Assembly: GCF_044647545.1 (NCBI RefSeq)
Contig: NZ_CP172818.1
DNA from: Escherichia coli
Lineage (GTDB): Bacteria > Pseudomonadota > Gammaproteobacteria > Enterobacterales > Enterobacteriaceae
DNA length: 64,000 nucleotides
Strand: one strand, 5' to 3'
Position 1 is the stretch's first letter. Each line of letters starts with the position of its first letter. A model generated the notes under the pieces. The model did not search any database. It was not told the origin of the DNA and worked only from the letters and a program-made list of their open reading frames with translations. A program made the translations under genes and the position numbers. This document shows, one piece after another, positions 57,958-64,000 of this stretch.

Positions 57958-58821
57958 TCACAAATACAGCGCCGGAAATATCAACCGGCTCACCCCGTGC
58001 TCCCGTAACGCATCAGCCAATTGCTCAACGTCTTCCGGCGTGGCGCTCGCCCAGCTTTGCGCCTCGCCATACACGCCGTGGGCATGAAACGCGTTCAGGC
58101 GTACCGGAACATCGCCAAGTCCCTTGATAAACGCCGCCAGCTCATCGATATGCTGCAAATAATCCACGTGGCCTGGGATTACCAGCAAACGCAGTTCTGC
58201 CAGTTTGCCGCGCTCGGCAAGCAGACTAATGCTGCGCTTGATCTGCTGATTATCGCGTCCGGTTAGCTGTTGATGGCACGCGCCACCCCACGCTTTGAGG
58301 TCGAGCATCGCGCCGTCGCATACCGGGAGTAATTTTTCCCAGCCGGTTTCGCTCAACATGCCGTTACTGTCCACCAGACAGGTGAGATGACACAGTTGTG
58401 GATCATTTTTGATAGCAGTAAACAGCGCCACCACAAACGGCAACTGGGTCGTGGCTTCACCGCCGCTTACCGTTATCCCTTCAATAAACAGCACCGCTTT
58501 GCGGACGTGACTAAGCACCTCGTCCACGTTCATGGATTGCGCCATCGGCGTAGCGTGTTGTGGACACATCTTCAGGCAGGTATCACACTGCTCGCAGACG
58601 GCTGCGTTCCACACTACTTTGCTGTTAACAATCTGCAACGCCTGATGCGGACACTGTGGCACGCACTCCCCGCAATCATTACAGCGCCCCATTGTCCACG
58701 GATTGTGACAGTTTTTGCAGCGCAGATTACAGCCCTGTAAAAACAGAGCCAGACGACTGCCTGGCCCGTCAACGCAGGAGAAGGGGATAATCTTACTGAC
58801 TAAAGCGCATCTGCTGTTCAT
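57958..58821 (-). CDS. yjjW: Glycyl-radical enzyme activating enzyme (radical SAM, PflA-like)
   Basis: 287-aa ORF with Cys-rich motifs (..[12 protein letters not shown].., ..[12 protein letters not shown]..). Confidence 0.85.
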   Translation of the reverse strand: MNSRCALVSKIIPFSCVDGPGSRLALFLQGCNLRCKNCHNPWTMGRCNDCGECVPQCPHQALQIVNSKVVWNAAVCEQCDTCLKMCPQHATPMAQSMNVDEVLSHVRKAVLFIEGITVSGGEATTQLPFVVALFTAIKNDPQLCHLTCLVDSNGMLSETGWEKLLPVCDGAMLDLKAWGGACHQQLTGRDNQQIKRSISLLAERGKLAELRLLVIPGHVDYLQHIDELAAFIKGLGDVPVRLNAFHAHGVYGEAQSWASATPEDVEQLADALREHGVSRLIFPALYL

Positions 58822-60343
58822 GGCTTATCACGCGCGACTGGCGTTCCAGAATACGAGTGTTGCGTGCGGCTTCTTCTCCCAGCCAGGTGGTATTGGTACG
58901 TGAACCTTCGGCACGATATTTTTCTAAATCCGACAAACGCACCATATAACCGGTAACGCGAACCAGATCGTTACCGCTGACATTGGCGGTAAATTCACGC
59001 ATTCCGGCTTTAAAGGCACCGAGGCAAAGCTGTACCAGCGCCTGCGGATTACGTTTGATGGTTTCGTCGAGCGTCAAAATGTCGCTGATGCCGGAATAAT
59101 AATAAGCATGATGCGGGGCGACAGTTTGCAGATGGGTGATCGGATCTGGCTCATCGCCATACGGCAAACGCGCGCCCGGCGTGGTGCCGATATCGGAACT
59201 TATCCCCGACTGTGCGTGTAGCATGGCGCGATTTTGCCAGCCATATTTCACGGGGGTATTGGCGACAAACTCCGCCAGTTGCGCGCTGATGCGATAACCC
59301 ACTTCATTTGCAGCGGCTTCTTTACCGTAACGTGCGGCAATTCCTTCTTTCTCACACAACAAGTTAACCGCTTCTGCCAGTCCGTACATGCCAAACATTG
59401 GCACAAAACGTTCAGGGTTAATCAGCCCTTCTTTCACCAGGAAGCTATTCTCAAAGAAGTGTGATTGTTGATAGAGGAATTCACACCGCGCATCGATGAT
59501 GGCGATTTGCTGCTGGCAGTAGTGCGGTAGAGTGCGCGTAAAGAAATCATCCAGCGATTCACTGCGCTCGGCAATGGCTTTCAGGTTAAGGCGTACCAGC
59601 GTGCTGCCACCACCCGCCAGCGGCAGTGAGTTGTAACAGCTCACAATCCCGTAGCCCCCTTTTGTGAAAATTTTATCATGCACGGGACCGTTGGCGATGT
59701 GCGGTTTGCTACATTCACAGATGTTTTTCGCCACTTCCAGCAGCAGGTCATCAGGGGTGATTTCAGGATCGTAGATAAAAGTCAGGTTCGGTGAAACCTG
59801 CTTCAGCTCTGAATCTGCCCGTAAAATCGCACGGGTAATGGGCGAATCAGACGGGCCAATATTGGCGTGCATAAAGGCATCTGGCAGGGTTCTATCGAGG
59901 TAACGCCAGAAACGTTTTATTCGAATATCGATCTCGTTTTGTGTTAGAATTCTAACATACGGTTGCAACAACGCATCCAGTTGCCCCAGGTAGACCGGCA
60001 TCGATGTGACCGAAGGAACGTGGTGGTAAAGAATGGTCAGCAGAGAGAGTGCGTCATCAAGATCTTTTGCGCCTTCCAGCTCCAGCCATTCGGAACCGTT
60101 GGCCAAAAAACGGGCGTAATCGGGTAAGACATAGCGCGGTTTATACGGCGCATGACCTTCAAACATATCGCAGATTACACCTTCATCCAGCGCGCGGCGG
60201 GCTTCGGCAGGAAGCTGTGGGTAAGGCAGATTGTTTTCTGCTTCCAGCGCCAGAAAATGGCGCTTCTGCTCCGGGCTAAGTACCGGACTGGTGACAATTT
60301 GCTGGCAACGTTGTTGCAGTGCATTTTCATGAGAAGTGGGCAT
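58793..60343 (-). CDS. yjjI: Uncharacterised glycine-radical-enzyme-like protein (DUF3029)
   Basis: ORF 58793-60472; ATG at 60341-60343 ([17 protein letters not shown]...) with RBS AAGGAA gives 516 aa; 3' end overlaps yjjW. Confidence 0.8.
   Translation of the reverse strand: MPTSHENALQQRCQQIVTSPVLSPEQKRHFLALEAENNLPYPQLPAEARRALDEGVICDMFEGHAPYKPRYVLPDYARFLANGSEWLELEGAKDLDDALSLLTILYHHVPSVTSMPVYLGQLDALLQPYVRILTQNEIDIRIKRFWRYLDRTLPDAFMHANIGPSDSPITRAILRADSELKQVSPNLTFIYDPEITPDDLLLEVAKNICECSKPHIANGPVHDKIFTKGGYGIVSCYNSLPLAGGGSTLVRLNLKAIAERSESLDDFFTRTLPHYCQQQIAIIDARCEFLYQQSHFFENSFLVKEGLINPERFVPMFGMYGLAEAVNLLCEKEGIAARYGKEAAANEVGYRISAQLAEFVANTPVKYGWQNRAMLHAQSGISSDIGTTPGARLPYGDEPDPITHLQTVAPHHAYYYSGISDILTLDETIKRNPQALVQLCLGAFKAGMREFTANVSGNDLVRVTGYMVRLSDLEKYRAEGSRTNTTWLGEEAARNTRILERQSRVISHEQQMRFSQ
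59663..59678. promoter_or_regulatory. Candidate DeoR operator OE (degenerate)
   Basis: tgtgaaaattttatca, 12/16 match to TGTTAGAATTCTAACA, 278 bp upstream of O1. Confidence 0.4.
59941..59956. promoter_or_regulatory. DeoR operator O1 (deoP1), inside the yjjI coding region
   Basis: Perfect 16-bp palindrome TGTTAGAATTCTAACA. Confidence 0.75.
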
Positions 60344-60541
60344 CTTCTGTTCCTTTTTATGCCGAAGGTGATGCGCCATTGTAAGAAGTTTCGTGATGTT
60401 CACTTTGATCCTGATGCGTTTGCCACCACTGACGCATTCATTTGAAAGTGAATTATTTGAACCAGATCGCATTACAGTAATGCAATTTTGTAAGTAGATT
60501 TCCTTAATTGTGATGTATATCGAAGTGTGTTGCGGAGTCGA

Positions 60542-60557
60542 TGTTAGAATACTAACA
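60542..60557. promoter_or_regulatory. DeoR operator O2 (deoP2)
   Basis: TGTTAGAATACTAACA, 45 bp upstream of the deoC ATG and 601 bp from O1; TGTGA-containing CRP/CytR-type motifs lie just upstream (60440-60540). Confidence 0.75.
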
Positions 60558-60601
60558 AACTCGCAAGGTGAATTTTATTGGCGACAAGCCAGGAGAATGA
60601 A

Positions 60602-61381
60602 ATGACTGATCTGAAAGCAAGCAGCCTGCGTGCACTGAAATTGATGGACCTGACCACCCTGAATGACGACGATACCGACGAGAAAGTGATCGCTCTGTGT
60701 CATCAGGCCAAAACTCCGGTCGGTAATACCGCCGCTATCTGTATCTATCCTCGCTTTATCCCGATTGCTCGCAAAACGCTGAAAGAGCAGGGCACCCCGG
60801 AAATCCGTATCGCTACGGTAACTAACTTCCCACACGGTAACGACGACATCGAAATCGCGCTGGCAGAAACCCGTGCGGCAATCGCCTACGGTGCCGATGA
60901 AGTTGATGTGGTGTTCCCGTACCGTGCACTGATGGCGGGTAACGAGCAGGTTGGTTTTGATCTGGTGAAAGCCTGTAAAGAGGCTTGCGCAGCAGCGAAT
61001 GTACTGCTGAAAGTGATCATCGAAACCGGCGAACTGAAAGACGAAGCGCTGATCCGCAAAGCGTCTGAAATATCCATTAAAGCGGGTGCTGATTTCATCA
61101 AAACCTCTACCGGTAAAGTAGCAGTGAACGCGACGCCGGAAAGCGCGCGCATCATGATGGAAGTGATCCGTGATATGGGCGTAGAGAAAACCGTTGGTTT
61201 CAAACCGGCGGGCGGCGTGCGTACTGCGGAAGATGCGCAGAAATATCTCGCGATTGCAGATGAACTGTTCGGTGCTGACTGGGCTGATGCGCGTCACTAC
61301 CGCTTTGGTGCTTCCAGCCTGCTGGCAAGCCTGCTGAAAGCGCTGGGCCACGGCGACGGTAAGAGCGCCAGCAGCTACTAA
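60602..61381 (+). CDS. deoC: Deoxyribose-phosphate aldolase
   Basis: ORF 60578-61381; ATG at 60602 with RBS AGGAGA gives [29 protein letters not shown]... (259 aa). Confidence 0.95.
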
Positions 61382-61423
61382 GCTGCCTTTTGCCAGAGGG
61401 TGGATGCTATGGGTCGAGTACCC

Positions 61424-61463
61424 CTGTAGGCCTGATAAGATGCGTCAGCATTGCATCAGGCAA
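61424..61463. repeat. REP element
   Basis: ctgtaggcctgataagatgcgtcagcattgcatcaggcaa. Confidence 0.7.
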
Positions 61464-61520
61464 TAACAACATCCGCCATCTGGCAACAACGCCTTCAAAC
61501 TTATTCCACGGGAGGTTACC

Positions 61521-62843
61521 TTGTTTCTCGCACAAGAAATTATTCGTAAAAAACGTGATGGTCATGCGCTGAGCGATGAAGAAATTCGCTTCTTTATCAA
61601 CGGCATTCGCGACAACACTATCTCCGAAGGGCAGATTGCCGCCCTCGCGATGACCATTTTCTTCCACGATATGACAATGCCGGAGCGTGTCTCGCTGACC
61701 ATGGCGATGCGAGATTCAGGAACCGTTCTCGACTGGAAAAGCCTGCATCTGAATGGCCCGATTGTTGATAAACACTCCACCGGCGGCGTCGGCGATGTGA
61801 CTTCGCTGATGTTAGGGCCGATGGTGGCTGCCTGCGGCGGCTATATTCCGATGATCTCCGGTCGCGGCCTCGGCCATACTGGCGGTACGCTCGACAAACT
61901 GGAATCCATCCCTGGCTTCGACATCTTCCCGGATGACAACCGTTTCCGCGAAATTATTAAAGATGTTGGCGTGGCGATTATCGGCCAGACCAGCTCGCTG
62001 GCTCCGGCGGATAAACGTTTCTATGCGACCCGCGACATTACCGCAACCGTGGATTCCATCCCGCTTATCACCGCCTCGATCCTGGCGAAGAAACTGGCGG
62101 AAGGTCTGGATGCGCTGGTGATGGACGTGAAAGTCGGTAGCGGCGCGTTTATGCCGACCTACGAACTCTCTGAAGCCCTTGCCGAAGCGATTGTTGGCGT
62201 GGCTAACGGTGCTGGCGTGCGCACCACCGCGCTACTCACCGACATGAATCAGGTGCTGGCCTCCAGTGCCGGTAACGCGGTTGAAGTTCGTGAAGCGGTG
62301 CAGTTCCTGACTGGTGAGTATCGTAACCCGCGTCTGTTTGATGTCACGATGGCACTGTGCGTGGAGATGTTGATCTCCGGCAAACTGGCGAAAGATGACG
62401 CCGAAGCGCGCGCGAAATTGCAGGCGGTGCTGGACAACGGTAAAGCGGCAGAAGTCTTTGGTCGTATGGTAGCGGCACAAAAAGGCCCGACCGACTTCGT
62501 TGAGAACTACGCGAAGTATCTGCCGACAGCGATGCTGACGAAAGCAGTCTATGCTGATACCGAAGGTTTTGTCAGTGAAATGGATACCCGCGCGCTGGGA
62601 ATGGCAGTGGTTGCAATGGGCGGCGGTCGCCGTCAGGCATCTGACACCATCGATTACAGCGTCGGCTTTACTGATATGGCGCGTCTGGGCGACCAGGTAG
62701 ACGGTCAGCGTCCGCTGGCGGTTATCCACGCGAAAGACGAAAACAGCTGGCAGGAAGCGGCGAAAGCGGTGAAAGCGGCAATTAAACTTGCCGATAAAGC
62801 ACCGGAAAGCACACCGACTGTCTATCGCCGTATCAGCGAATAA
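61521..62843 (+). CDS. deoA: Thymidine phosphorylase
   Basis: 440-aa ORF from TTG at 61521 with RBS GGGAGG; [21 protein letters not shown]... Confidence 0.95.
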
Positions 62844-62873
62844 CGGTATACTGATCTGATCATTTAAATTTGA

Positions 62874-64000
<1,127 letters not shown>

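Noticed and set aside
60575-61351. 258-aa minus-strand ORF antisense to deoC, and similar antisense ORFs in deoA (62232-62894) and deoB (63276-63983)
   Set aside because: Shadow ORFs opposite highly expressed, well-characterised deo genes.

Overview
The window reads as an Escherichia coli K-12-like chromosome segment, colinear with the K-12 map from the sgc operon to deoB. Gene identities and reference lengths are recalled from memory, not searched. In order: sgcC'-sgcB-sgcX, the KpLE2 remnant (yjhP, yjhQ, topAI/yjhX, yjhR pseudogene), nanS-nanM-nanC, gntP, uxuA-uxuB-uxuR, yjiC, iraD, hypT, iadA-yjiG-yjiH, kptA, yjiJ, yjiK, yjiL-yjiM, yjiN, mdtM, yjiA, yjiX, btsT, tsr, lgoT-lgoR-lgoD, opgB, yjjA, dnaC-dnaT, yjjB-yjjP, yjjQ-bglJ, fhuF, yjjZ, three tRNA-Leu(CAG), rsmC, holD-rimI-yjjG-prfC, osmY, ytjA, yjjU-yjjV, yjjW-yjjI, deoC-deoA-deoB'. 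Two loci break this colinearity. The fimB-to-fimH operon is replaced by about 660 bp of GC-rich sequence with a 32-nt G run (10884-11544), leaving only the last 56 codons of fimH. The whole immigration-control region between mdtM and yjiA (mcrBC, hsdRMS, mrr, symE and neighbours in K-12) is replaced by about 830 bp of near-pure poly-G (30377-31205). Every ORF inside these blocks is a poly-Gly/Pro/Arg translation artefact. I read the blocks as a sequencing or assembly artefact, an engineered scar, or generated filler rather than a gene system; whether the underlying deletions are real needs read-level evidence. I found no CRISPR array, rRNA, or intact IS element. Smaller observations include an apparently unannotated DUF3343-like ORF coupled to yjiL, probable stop-loss in yjjV, a Gln-repeat expansion in tsr, an in-frame stop in the yjiC 5' region, and several recognisable operator sites.
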